NCBI RefSeq assembly: GCF_000181795.1
Contig: NW_003526941.1
Location: forward strand, 10,655,782 to 10,719,781
Direction of reading: 5' to 3'
Length of the DNA: 64,000 nt
Source of the DNA: Trichinella spiralis
Lineage: Eukaryota
This document shows, in pieces, positions 45,401 to 59,400 of this stretch (positions within the stretch are counted from its first letter, which is position 1; each line of letters opens with the position of its first letter). Under the pieces are notes generated by a model. The model was given only the letters and a program-made list of their open reading frames with translations, searched no databases and had not been told where the DNA came from. Position numbers and translations under genes: made by a program.

Positions 45401-48400
45401 TGTTGTTGTGGCTGCATTTGAGGATTAAAATCTCTTACGGGATATGAAGGCACAGTCGGTCGCTGGCCGGATGGCAAACTAATAGTCGCTGGAGTTGATG
45501 TCTGCAATGGCAATGCGTAACCAGGATGAGAAACTCTTTGGAAACCAGGTCTCAGCTGACAATGAGCTTGCATTTGAATTTGATTTGAATTTGGAAATGA
45601 ACCTTGATTCATCCTTGTCGTTGGAACAAACTGCTGCCTTTGTAAAGATGCGTCTATTGGTGTTGCTGGAAAGTGATGATGCTGAAACTGAACCCTCGGA
45701 GACGCAGACAACTGCTGCTGATGTTGCATTTGCTGTATCTGCTGTGGTTGCTGCTGCTGTTGTACTTGCTGTGGTTGCTGCTGCTGTTTTTGTTGCTGTT
45801 GTGGTTGTTGCATTTGCTGCTGCTTCTGCTGTTGCATTTGTTGCACTTGATGCTGCTGCTGTATCTGATGTTGCTGTATTTGATGCTGCTGCTGCTGTTG
45901 TATTTGATGTTGTTGTTGTTGCTGCTGCTGCTGCTGTTGTATTTGATGTTGTTGTTGTTGTTGTTGCTGCTGCTGCTGCTGCAATTGATGTTGCTGTTGT
46001 TGCTGCTGCACTTGATGTTGTTGTTGTTGCTGCATTTGATGTTGTTGTTGCTGCTGTTGCTGTATTTGATGTTGTTGCTGTTGTTGTTGTTGCTGCTGTA
46101 TCTGATGTGCATGCATGCGCTGTTCTTGTACTTGCTGTTGATATTGTATCTGCTGCTGTTTCAAACTTTCCTGTTGCTGCTGCAGACTCATTTTCTTCGC
46201 CTGTTGCAACTGAACTGCTGCATTTCCAGCGTACTCAGCAGCAGATGAATAATTCGGAGGAGTGCTGTCAGAGAAACGTGGCTGTTGTTGTTGAATCAGT
46301 TGACCATGATTTTGGTGGAGTTGGTTTTGTTGTGGCATGTAAACTTGTCTTTGAGGGGCGCCAACAAGTTGCATTTCATGTTGATAACCACCACCAAAAC
46401 TATTTTGCTGTTGGTGACTATAAAGCTGCTGCTGCTGTCTTGGTTGCTGTTGCTGTTGCTGCTGAGGCGGCGACTGGTATTGTTCATTTGCTAGAGAATG
46501 ATAAATAACTGACTGAGCTTGCATTGGTGAAGCTGAATACTGTTGCTGTGAATGAGATATAAATGCTGGATTTGGACTGCCCAATGGGCTTCCGTTTCCA
46601 CTGGGACTCATCAATGGCGTATCTGACTGTCTTCCTAAAAAAACACACATAATATAATCAGTAAAATAATATTAATAACAGAATTGCATACAAACACTTT
46701 AAATAGAAAAAAAACATCAGCAATAAATTTAGCGTATTAAACTGCACAATTCTAAAATAAATGCCTAGGTTTTTTTTTCAAACTCTTGCAAATTTCAAGA
46801 TGCCAAACATACTGGAAACTGGCATCTGTTGCGGCCTAATCATCTGCATTTGCTGCGGTGAGCCATGCATTTGGGTCTGATGTTGTACTGGGAAAGGTGG
46901 CTGTACGTTGTTCGAATACCAAAAACGCTGCTGAGGGGAAATGCGCGGACCCATCTGCTGGTACGGAGAATTAGCACCCATTTCAGGGCTAAGTTGATAG
47001 CATCGATCAACTGATGGATTAAATCCACACGCTGGACTGACACCAGGCGCCGGCGACGAAACCGACTGATTCATTCCCGCATGATGTTGTTGCTGATGCA
47101 TGGCTACATGGTGCTGTAACACAGCATGCTTATTTTCAATAAATTCATGAAATCGAACAGTATCCAAAGATACCATCGGATTGGTCGGTCCAACAGTCCC
47201 ACAAACAGGTGTCGGTGGACCATATGGAGCACTATATGGTGACATATGATACTGATTCGTCTGATTCCGCTCAACCAACTACCAACAAATATATTTTAAA
47301 ATCAAAAATAATTTTAAAAATAAGAAATTCAACTCTGATAACTAACTTGCTGTGCTTCCATTTTCAGTGTTGCTGCAAGATTTTGTATTTCCTGTTCCGC
47401 TTTCATATCGTTTTCATCTGCTGAATTTTCTTGAACAAAATTACTGGGATGATACTGCTCAACTGAAAGTAATTCACCGGCTTCTGCACAGTCAACCACC
47501 CACTGAGGTATGACTATTCTAATCGAATCATTCACAGATGCGATTCGATATTTGTTCTAAAAGAATAATTTCAAAAATAAACAGTAAAAATGAACAGCTG
47601 TGAAATGCTCAAAATCACAATGTTTAAAATTAAAATGCGTTTAAATAAAAAAAAACTTACACCTGAGATCAAGAAACTAATGAGATGTGTTGTTCGACTG
47701 GTAAGCACTCTTTCACACTCACCTCCCAAAGACACTATAATTGACCATAATATATTTGCATCATGCCGGCTCATCTAAAAATAAAACGATAAAAATTTTT
47801 CTAATCGTTTTACTTTTTATGCTCTTGTACAATAAAATTTAATGTTATCTGCATTGATTATCACATGAACATCATAATTTCATATTGAAAACTGAAAAAA
47901 TAAAACACTGACTGTATTTTCAAAATCAATCATCATCTTACTAAGTATACACATATAAATTTCAAAATAACCAGAAAACTAACCTATGCAATTTTCAAGC
48001 ATAAAATTTAACAAATGCGAAGTTTTACTGATGTGACTTTGGTTCAAAATTACGTATTTTTAAAACACCGCAGTCATTCAATAATTTAAAAATATGCTAT
48101 TCAAGCCATATTACTGCATAAAAATTCGTAACATAAGATTGTTGAATTTTATGAGATTGAAATATCACATTTTCAACAAAGTAGAAAACTGTTATTTTAA
48201 AGTCTCATCATGCATCAAAAATCATGCTAAAAACAATCAGATTAATCATAATGTATACAACACGTTCCGTTTTTTTTTACAAATAAGTGCATTAACAGTG
48301 TAAACCAATGCACTAAAAAAGCATAATTTAAACCATTTAAAAATAAAGTATGTTTTGAAATTCAACTACTTAACAGCAAATTAAAAAGGACTGCTAAAAA

Positions 48401-49209
48401 TTATCACCCACCCATCCCTAACCCAATTTAACAATAAACACTTTCAACATTTATTGCTAATACACATAACTTATAATAAATAAAGCAGACTAAGATGCAA
48501 ATATTCAGGATATACCCAATTACTAGAACTGAAACCTATGAACTGCTTTAAATGTTCGTATGCAAAATTAATATACTATCAAACATGTTCAAGTAGAAAA
48601 TAAATTATAAAACAATTTCAGTGCAGGTAACTTAGAAAAAATATGTTTTAGTTACTATTCATCTGTGAATTCGTGTATAATCAATCAAAAAGAGCACCAA
48701 AAAATATACTTGTTCAATTTTGAAAAAATATATTCAAAAAGTGTGTTTACTTGAGTTGGGCAAAAAACGCAATCACGGAAAATCTGTTTTTGTTCTGGTG
48801 AAAACAAGCGTCCAGGCGCACCATATGGTAGAATACACCGACACCAGGCAGAAGCAAAAACCCACGAGGACTAAATAAAACAATTTTTTATAAATATATA
48901 AGCAATGTATAAATATGTATACAATTATATAACTAAATATGCTTACTGCAACAACAGGAATGTCATAAATGTCTCTTGCTTCACCGACTTCGGACGAATC
49001 AGGGTGATCAGCAATCAGAATACTGACTGAATCAGTCAAATAAGAACTCAGACGAGCACCATTTTCTGTCAAAATCTTTCGAACCTAAAGATCTGCTATT
49101 ATAAAATAAACTTTCAGAAGCTATCCTGTTTAAAGTATACTTTTTCTGCCCGCGATTCTTCAACTGTCCGTGGAACCAAATAAACTTTAAGCTGCTGAAA
49201 TAGTGCCAT
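42434..49209 (-). CDS. PAXIP1: PAX-interacting protein 1 (PTIP): tandem BRCT domains with a long central polyQ region
   Basis: MALFQQLKVYL..., SEVGEARDIYDIPVV, IV.PQWVVDC, a Q-rich exon (45301-46634), FFGHDP, PPWKAIHFP, EWKIPVVNLQWL, CTHLI...LKRTRKLL, SAEFILTGILRQEVDF. Confidence 0.88.
45340..46470 (-). repeat. Coding CAG/CAA polyglutamine array with QQQQQHQ(I/M/V/L) subunits
   Basis: Long ctg/ttg runs on the + strand within the PTIP exon. Confidence 0.95.
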
Positions 49210-50066
49210 TCACACACACGCACACACACACAGCACCTTTACTACCGCATCTGTATCCTGATGAAAGATCTGGCTACTTCATCAATTCAAAATACTAAAA
49301 TAAAAATGTGATAAACACTTTAAAGTAACGTCGAAACGAAATTAGTTGATTTAAGCAAACTATCGTGCACTAATATTACACGCGGGAATATATCTTCATA
49401 GCAATAAAAAATCATTACAATGAATAAACTCATTGTCAAAAGCCCGTTACATTAAATTATAAAAGAAATTTTTTAAGGTAAAAACAACTAAAGCATAACA
49501 GAAGCCAATGTAACAAACAGCCACAAATGCTCACAACCATTATTTTCGTAGGTATACTGTAAATGATTATAAAGTTTTAATCAGTTTGCCACGAAATAAA
49601 ATAAACAACATTAATATTTAGACTATAAAATAAACAAATTTTTTTCATTTTAGGAGAACATAATTTTCATTTACAACAAGTGAAAGAGTGGAACAAAAAT
49701 ATTGAAAAATTTGGAAACAACAAATTTAACATGTTTATAGTTTTTAACTAAGTTTTATATAACATATTCACGTTAACCAAGTTAAAAATTATGATTATAA
49801 ACTAGATTTTAATAAATTCTTTTAAATAAGATTGGCATGCAATTCGCAAAAAACGCATTTCTTAACATTTGATATATTTCCATATAATTTGAAAAGTTTA
49901 TGTAAAAATGCTCATTTCTGAGTAAATGATTATATCATCAACAGTAAATTAATTTGAAAAGATAAAATAATATAAGATTAACATTTCCAGAAGTACTGCA
50001 CAAAATGACTTCAGCTACTATAGACTGTACTTTGCTTAAAAACATATTTATTGATAAAAATCCAAA

Positions 50067-51018
50067 CTATTGCTTTACACCCCATACGAATGTTTTGGCG
50101 TATTGTTCAATAGTTAGCCAATGATCATGCCACAGGACAATACGTGGTCTCTTTGACTTCAGAAGCGCATGCGCTGCTGTACTGTACCACCCATGTTTCT
50201 AAAAGTTAAAATTTTTTTAAAACTGCAAAATAGTAAAAACCCTTCTTATAAAAAAATAATTTACAAAAATAATGCATTTTTAACTTTATTTCTAAACTGA
50301 CCTTCATAATTATATATGAACAAGAAATTACAATCTTTTTCGTTTTAAAAATTATAACATTGAAACAACCATACCGCTATACAAAAATTTAACAATACCT
50401 GCATCAAATAACACATTACAATCATGGCACTACGACTCCGGCCGGCTTTACAGTGAACGTATACTTTCTTTCCAGATTGTTCACATTCTTCTATAAATTT
50501 AACTGCTTCACGGACGTTCTCTAAACTTGTAGAATACCAAAAATCACGAATAGGGAGCCAGAAATAAGAAACTCCCCTAGCTTCCCAATCGTTTTTTGCT
50601 GCTGCCCAACGATGTTCTATTTCGTGAGGCTCTGTTAAGCACACTACACCACCAACATGCTCTTTATCAATAAGCTATGATTATATTAAATAAATAAGTA
50701 AAGTATTTCAGCATTCTTTCAACGCCGAAATAATTCCAAAATAATATAATTCAAATTTGGAAGTTTTTTTAAACAAACATTACAAATAACATGATTAATT
50801 TTATTAAACATTCATATAGTCTAACAAATATACAGCAGAAAAAAATGGAAAATGCAAATAAAACCTACCTCGTTCATCATTGATTTAAAAGGAAGAGCAC
50901 CTAAAATAACTGTTTCATCAATTTTGCTATACCATGGCCAATCTGTTTCGCTTAAACGATTCCGTAGCAAATTGTACGAAAGAGTTGAATAAAACGTTGC
51001 CCAACTCAATAGGCCCAT
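50067..51018 (-). CDS. PTPMT1: Mitochondrial phosphatidylglycerophosphate phosphatase
   Basis: FY.TL.YN, WYSKIDETVILGALPF, active-site VYVHCKAGRSRSA, KRPRI; 3 exons. Confidence 0.92.
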
Positions 51019-52901
51019 TCTAAACGAAAGCTTTTAAAAATACTAATATTTTGTAATATAATAAAACAAAAATTCCTGAACAAAATTCTTAAAAAAATCA
51101 GTTAATTTCTATAGAATCCTGTGCAAATTATATTTTGAAAACGCAAGGGCATTTTATATAATTGATAAAACTGAAAACACATACTTGAAATTTCGAAAGA
51201 TCTTTAAGCAACTTAGTACTTTAACAGAAATTTACTGAATTACTGAAACAGCAAAAAATTCATTTGATCTTCAAAGTAAATTGCTTTCAAAGAACGGTCA
51301 ACGACATACTATTTCAGTAAAGTAGAATTATTAAAATTATATATATATTACAGTATATTATATATTACATATTATAAATTACATATTGTACTCACTTTCC
51401 AAATCATCAGTTATTCCAGTAATAGCAGAAAAAACTAGAAACAAAACAAGCATTCAACTAATTAAAACAAGATTCCGATTTTGCTATTTATAATTGCAGT
51501 TTTGATGCACTCTTAATTCTGCAAATTTTAGTAACAATTCATTGTTTCCTAATCTTAAGTTTTAATTGAGAGAATAATTTTAAAAACTGTTTAAAATTTT
51601 ACTCCACATGCTTACTATTTAAATAATAATTGAATAATAATTGTCAAGCTTAAATTTATACTGTAACTGTTACCTTTTTCAAGCCGTTATCATAATTTAT
51701 ATAATTTTAAAAACCTGAAATTTTGTTTAATAATCATAAAAATCATGTGGATTTTATAATTCCATGTAATGAAAAAATAAATAAAAATAATAAATATTTA
51801 TTATTATGAATTGCTATTTTCAAAGCAACAATTTTACTTAATTAGCGTTTTACAGTAATAGGTCAATTGTTGGAATTCGAATTACCAGTTTCTCAAATTG
51901 AGCATTTCATCAGTTAGCTGCTTCGTTAGTTTTAGTGTAAGAAAGATTTAATTTGTAACATTCTGATCAAAATTATAATTCAAGTGAATTTTAATTCTTT
52001 TCATACGCCATTGTTTGCATACTGAAACATACTGCGTGTAGTTGTAGTTTCATCGATTGCATGTTACAATTATTCTGTTGCAACAAAGAGCAGTTTGCTG
52101 TTAAATTCATTTCCTTTTTATTTACAGAATTTCGTTAGCTCCGTTTATTCGAATGCTGCTGTTTTGTCCAATTTTGTACTGTGTTGACTGACTAGATGCA
52201 CTTACTAGATACGTTAAAGTGTGTTCTACGCTCAGTCAGTTATTTTGAATTGAAAAATGCAGTGTTTATTTTAGTTTACTGATTGATCGTTATATTGTCT
52301 AATGTATTGCTTGTTGCAAAAAGCATGGGTTCTAATTTTGTTATAGTACCGACCGCTTCAAGGTTTGCACACACTTTAATAAGTTTATTTGGCGTTTGTT
52401 TCAATAGAATGGGTTAACGGCTGATATTTTTTGCGAAATTGAAATGATAAAAACTTAAAAGTTTAATTTCAGTATCGAAGTCGTTCGCCGTGGTATCGTC
52501 AATAATAGAGATAAATTTTTTGTTGATGAATAAACACATTTATTTATTTATTTATTTATTTTTCTGCTTCATTTCGTCTCCTATTTATGATTTGTTTTTT
52601 GCAATGTGACTTTATTTGTTGTCATACTGTAGGTTTTTCAGTTATTGACTGTTGAAATTCAGTTGCAAATCATTGTTAATTGATTCTGCATTATAAACGA
52701 TGCACATTTCAATTCACATTTTCACTAATTTTTTTAACTATTTTTTTTTGAATTTTGCATATTTTTTAAATTTACTGTACTGTTGTTGCTTATCATTCAT
52801 GTATGTGGTGACGGTTTTGCCGTGAAATGCTGCAATAATGTTCGATAATTTTTTTCCGTTTTGTTCACTAGATGTATATATTGTTTTTTCTTCAGAGGAA
52901 A

Positions 52902-55646
52902 ATGGGTGATGACGAAATGGATTCGCAAGAGATTTTGGCCGAGCTGAATCGGCTGGGCATTGCCCATGGTCCGGTGACCGGCACGACGAAACGCTTGTAC
53001 ATGAAAAAGATTGAAGCATTCAAAAAGAACGAATTGAACAAGAATCAGAACGTGACGACGACTTCGAGCCGACGTCGTACAACGAAGAAGAGCAGCGTCA
53101 GTGCCGCCCCTGTAACTGAGGACAATAATAGTTCCGAGCCAGAAGCATCTGGCGGAGAGGATCCGCCGCTTGGCAAGGGTGGGAGGGGTTCAAGCCGTGT
53201 TGCTCGTCCAAGTCAAGCTGCAGCGAGCAGCGAGTTGAAGAACCGCCGTCAGTCTGTTCTGTTCGAGAAGAAGGTCGAAACGAAGAGGCAGAAATCACCG
53301 GTTCCACGCCATGGTCAACAGTCGACGCCGTGGTCAAGCGGTGCACCGATCATTTCCAACAGCTCGGCCGGATATCCAGTGTCTACAGATGCGCGGGTGG
53401 ATCATCCGGTCGTTGGGGCAAACACTGATGCGTTGTTCAAAACAAAGAAAGAGAACAACGATCTGTTCAGCCCAACAGGAGGATGGACAGATTCGAATTC
53501 TGTTCGCACCAGCACTCCGTATTCTTCAAAATCGAATACCCAGTTGCCGGATTTTTTCGATTCAAACATGGACGGAATTGGAAGACATCATCCAAGCACG
53601 AAACAAGCGACAGACGACAACTGGCCTTCTTGTCGACAATCACAAGCTTACAACGACAACAGTGATATCAACGTGACGAGAAAGCCGTTGTTATCGGAAT
53701 TTCCCTTCCAACGACGCCATTTCTCAGAACACGCATACGACAGATCGAATACCGATTGTGGTGAATTTCCACATGGACATGCAGCGGACAAGGACGGCAT
53801 GCAAAGTTGGTTGAGTGAAATCAGACGTTCCGCCTTTAGTCAGTTCGATGCTGTGGCGAACAGAATATTCGCAACGTTTTGCAACCCTGATCGACAACGG
53901 GAATCACACACCACCACTGCTACTGCTGGTGGGGGTGGTCAGTCGTATTATTCTTTTCCACCCAAGCCGGGCCAGAGGTCTTATGGGAAAAGTCAAGCAA
54001 GGCATGCTGCTTCGGATGTTGATCACGGTGGTCGAACTCGTTGGTACTGGACAGAAGACAGTTCCAAGCCGATACTGATTGGAATTTTGACACTTTTGGT
54101 TGGCTTGTTGTTGCTCTACTTAGCTTTGGTCAACAAGCGTCATCTACATAGCACATCAGCGTTGGTCGTCGGTAAGCATTGGTAGTTTTTTTTCCATTTT
54201 ACACTGCACGATCAATTTATTTATATTATTTCTTTTTCTACACTAATCTTCAGTTGCTCTCGAAGATACCGCTTACTTCTTATTCAATCGAATGGTCCTT
54301 CCGGCTTTGGTTATTGTTTTTGGTAACTGTTTTCATTGTTGTTTACTGAAATGAAATTTTAAAATGAATTAATTATAATTCAGTTCTGTTCTTCTTTTTA
54401 ATCTACTGTCAATTATTATTAGAAGCAAAAAAGAATGTAACTTTTTTCAACTTTGCCATTCATTATTTCAGTGATAGGGTTAATTTTGTTTCTGATCTGG
54501 TACAGCAAATATCGTTGGCAACGCACAGCCGAAGAACAACGTCAAACTTATGAATTGATCGAGAAAATTATTGGTTTGTTGTGATCTCTGAATAAAAAGA
54601 AAGTTATTTTATTATGATATTGTGCATTAAAATTGCAGATATACTGAGAAGACATCATGATTATTGCGAGCGCACAGGTACAACACAAAAGCCTTTACCT
54701 ATTTCTCACGTGCGTGATATGCTGATTCCGTTGGCGAAGAGGTGGTGGTGATTTTTGAAAATTGGAAATCTGAAAACGAATAAAATTCTCTTTTTACAGA
54801 CGTGAAATGATGCCAATTTGGAACAAGGCGGTGCAGTATTTGTCAGAAAATGATTCGCGTGTTCGAACAGAAACCCAGTGCATTTCAGGCGAAGAATTTG
54901 TCGTCTGGCGATGGATGCAGTTGGCTACGTCGAGCGTAATTTTCATTATTTCCCCATGTATTTTCCTTTCTGTTGTTCTTCACGTTACTCTTTTTTTCCA
55001 TGATTTCGCTTCATCAGTTGAGTGATGATAATAAAGTATGGCAGGGGTATGCGTTTCAAGATGAAGAATTGGCCAAGAACATGCCCCACTCTCCAATGTT
55101 CAAGTATTTGAAAGTCCGAGGGCTGTTCGATCCTGACCTGTAAGATGAGCATTGTGTAGCAGCGCAGTATCTTCTCTATTCTTTTTTTCAGAGAAACTGA
55201 AGACGGTTGGCCAAGACATATTCAAGATGCGATACTGGAGAAACTTGGACCGAAATTACGCGTTTGTCACATGGCTATCGATACTACATCAAAAGAGGTA
55301 TTTCCTCCTTTTTTTTGGCAAACTATTTTCTGAAATGTCATCTGATATGTAAAAGAAAATCTATACTTATTTCTTCGCAGGGAGTTGTATTCATGAAAAT
55401 GGCGAGTTTGGAAGAGGCGAGTGATGCATTCAAAACTTTACACGGTTCTTGGTTTAACGGTATATTTAATTTGTATTTGAAACAGTTTTGTCATATGGTT
55501 AACAAATTTCAGGACGGTTGGTATATGTGAAATTTTTACGACCTGAACGATACAACAAACGTTTCCCAGAAGCGATGAATGCAAGTGATCCAATTCGTAT
55601 TTTCAAACCGCGCTATTCGACCATTCTACGTAATAATAATTATTGA
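52902..55646 (+). CDS. LEMD3: Inner nuclear membrane protein MAN1 (LEM, 2 TM, MSC winged helix, RRM/UHM)
   Basis: LEM domain (ELNRLGIAHGPVTGTTKRLYMKKI), two hydrophobic segments, ISHVRDMLIP, WNKAVQYLSENDSRVRTETQCISGEEFVVWRW, KVWQG.AF, LKVRGLFDP, AFKTLHGSWFNGRLV.VKF...RY..RFPEA. Confidence 0.9.
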
Positions 55647-56490
55647 TTAATTAATTAATTAATTAATCGCTCGATTTATTGATTGGTTTATCATTTTACA
55701 AACGAATCATCCAATTTTTTTGTTATTTATCATTAGTCTTAAAAAATGAGTGCTTAAAACTTTCAACTATATTATATATACATATACATGTATACGTACA
55801 TTTATATTTTTATTTTTATACACAGCTGTCCATTAACCCCAGACTCAATCAGCTTATTAAATATCTTGATCTATTTTTTGATATGATCATATTTACAGAA
55901 TAAAAGTTTCCCGAAATGCTTCAATTGTTCAAATTGAATACAAATCGTATACAATATGTGCAACGGAATGAAATCACTCTATACAAATAACACTTATTTA
56001 TTCATTCATTGCACAACACTGATGAATCACTTTTGGGGGCATGTTGCACTGAAATGCAACAAACAGTATGACAAATCAGAGCCGTGTAAATTCGAAAAAA
56101 TAAAATATATACAAGTAAAATTTGAATCGAGGATTCATTTGAGAAGAGAACCCCTCCAATTTGACGCAACTCCCGTCAAAAAAAGTATTATTACCCGCAA
56201 AAGTATTTTTTAAAGAAAAATTGTAAAAAAAAGTTACTGTTCCATAATATTGAACTTGAAAATCTTTTTCTTTTCAATCCACCTTTTTCCTTTTTTTCGT
56301 TGCTTACAACATTCGTGGATGTCGATTATTAAGCAATTAAGGTGGTCTAAATGAATAGCAAGCTTTGAGTTTAAATTTGCATGACAAAAAAAACATGGGG
56401 TAAAGAGGAGGGGATCGATCCATCCCAAGAAAAGAAAAAGCAGTGTACTCTACTACTCACCAGACTTACTCACTCACGTTGGTCAAATTG

Positions 56491-59400
56491 TCAGTGTTGA
56501 TGAGGTGGATCTGTGGACAGGTCTTGGTCAGGGTTGGCGACCTTTTGGTTGTTGGTCTCGGCAGGGGCGGCGTCGACGAAAAATGCATGCAACCGAGGTC
56601 GAATGGGACGCTTTCCACGTGGCAGACTTTGAGCATAGGGAAGTCGGTTGAACACGTCGGCCGTGACTGGATAACAAACGCCGTCCATGGTGGCGTAGGG
56701 CGGTCGCCTGGGGAACGCATCCTCGGCATATTGTTGTACAGAGGGATCAGCGTCGGTGCGTGGCCGGACGCGGAAGTCTGCCGGTGCCACGGCGTAGGAC
56801 CAGATTGGATTTTCGTCGGTCAGCGTTGGACAAGAAGCACGCCTCTTGTAAAAGCCGGCCTGGTTGGAGCCGGCGGCCTCTCCGGGAGCGTAGCTGGGCT
56901 CCGCCGGCTTCGGCGCCGTCCAGCTTATGCTCCGATCCCTGAGCGGATGGCCTTCTTCCGGTTCGTCGACGCACATCCACCGGGCGGCCTGTTGACGGGC
57001 GTTGAAATATTTGTACAAGTTGGAATGGCGCCCCAAACTGGCGGCCGCCATTGGCAACGGCGGCGGCTGGTGACTGTCGTTTTCCAAATAGCCGCCCGTC
57101 TCGCCGTGCCTGTTCAACCACTGGGCCACCTTCTCCGGCACGTAGGAACAGGCGCCCTCTTGGCTGGGCTTTTCGGCCAACGAGCCAGGCTCGCTTGGGC
57201 ATTTGGCTTGGTATTCCATCGGCAACGTCTGACATGGGGCAGATGACGAGGCGGCGGTCGAGACTGCTGAATCCGACGTCTGGGATTCTGTCGCCTGGCC
57301 GGCCGACGTCGACTGGGCACAGTCCAGCCGACCGACGGACTGCTTTTCGTCAGTGGTGGACGAGGCCCGGCTTTCAGCCGCGATCGACCGCTCCTCTTCC
57401 GGGATGACCAGCAACGACGGGGTGTAACGGCGCCCTTTGATTCGACTCTGGGCTTGGCTGATCATGTGGCGAACTTCGGACAGAAATTCTTCGGCATTCG
57501 GCGGCGGGTTGACCATCTTCTCCGGTTCGAAAAATTCCGGACTGAAGTAAAGCCGCTTGCGATTCTGCGAATAGGGCGGTGGCGGCGGCAACGGTTCACC
57601 GCCCCCATTGCCGGCGCCTTTGCCGTACAGCTTGTGCCGTTGGGGTGAATAAGCGACACCGCCCGGGCGCATCTTGCCAGTGTTCCAACAACGTCCGTCA
57701 GTGGAATACGGACTGTAATTGTTCGATGACTAATCGGGGAAGAAAAAAAAACAAAATTTAAATCTAAACCCCTCCCAGAAAAATTCGATTTTCATACTCG
57801 ATAATTTTGATACAGATCAATATCCGGTTGGACAATACCGTCACGATATGCACGTGGAAAATGACGTATCATGCCGGAATTTTGTTGCTTGAGAGAAAAG
57901 AAGTATTATAAAAATTAAAATTACACATTTTTTCTAATTTGAATATTAATTTTTTTTACTTCTTGCAACAATTGCTGTTGCAATAATACGTGAAGTTGAA
58001 TTTTTTTCGCCAGCCGATCTTTCTGCTGCTTCCAACAGATTGTCCAAAATACGGAAATGACCAACAAGAATAACGTCAAAATTACACCACAAACAATACC
58101 GACAACCAAACCCAGCTGGTTGGTCCTTTCGGCGGTTTCCTTCTGATTGTTCGCCACGGCAGGTTCGGCAGCTTCTACTGCAAGCATATCAAACAAACTT
58201 GAACCAAAATTATACATACATGTATGCATTTTTTTTATTCATTGCAAAGTAAGCAAAGACCAGAAAGTAATAATCAAATTAGTTAGCGCATATTAGCTTT
58301 TATGCTTACCATCTCGCCCGATCACTCGAAAAACAGCGCACAAATCCGGTGAATCAGCCTCTTGACATTGCAGACTGATTTCCACTATTTTTCCAGTCAA
58401 AAATAGTTGATCTTGTTTGTTTCCAAGCCACTGAAATTTTTCATGTATACATATATATATATTTATAATAGAATAAATTGTGCAAAAAATACCATCGTTA
58501 AAGATTAATTATTTTGAAAAATTTCCAATCGATTTTATATTATACTCAAAATTCAACTTACGTTGAAAATTCAAAGTGGAAGTTTATTTCCAAAATTACA
58601 CGAAACTGTTGTGCACTGGAAAATATAGCGCGTTCCAAATAAAATCAATTAGAATCAAATTCGTTCGCAAATATGCATTAAATATTGCCAATGAACAACT
58701 AATTTATTATCACTGACAACCGCTATTCTGTACAATTGTACAATTAATTGATTTGCAATTTAACGAGAAATAAAACACCCAGCACCACCGTAGTGGGGGA
58801 AAATTATTAAGATAATATGCAAATTTCAACGGAAATGATTTGTGAAATAGAAGTGAGCAAATTTGATGAGTAATAATTGTCTATTGTCAGGAAGCTTTAG
58901 AAATCGAAGAACAACAACAAACAGTATAACGTTGCTCAACTTGTACAGCAAAATAAAGCTGTGATAAATAAACCTGCTAACAGTGAAAAAAAATACTTGT
59001 TTTGACCAAACCTGACAAATTCCTGTTCCACTGAAAACGAACAACTGAATAAATTTACTCAACGGATGAACAATTCATAATTCAAAAGCATTGTAATAAT
59101 ACTGAACAAATAAAAAAACAAGGAAATAAAAAAAGTAGAAGAAACAAAAAAAATTAAATTTGCAATTGCTAGCATTTTAATCAAATTAACTCGTGCTTAT
59201 TTATTGTTCTATTGATTGATTGAAAAAATCGAATAATAAAAAAGTGAAATAAAATGTCCACAAACTTGGATGTAGTTGTTGCCGTTGGAGTTGAGCAAGG
59301 CGAACAAAGCGACATTTTCCAACGGAATCCAGCCGCTGTGAGTCAAATATCCGACGGACGAGACCACGCAAGGAACATTTTGATCCGCATCCGGCTTCAG

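Noticed and set aside
45495..46508. 337-aa Ala/Val-rich and 191-aa Leu-rich plus-strand ORFs
   Set aside because: Antisense shadows of the PTIP CAG/CAA tract, which is stop-poor on the opposite strand.
56443..57761. Several overlapping ORFs on both strands
   Set aside because: Expected by-product of the GC-rich last exon of the shavenoid-like gene; no domain-like content.
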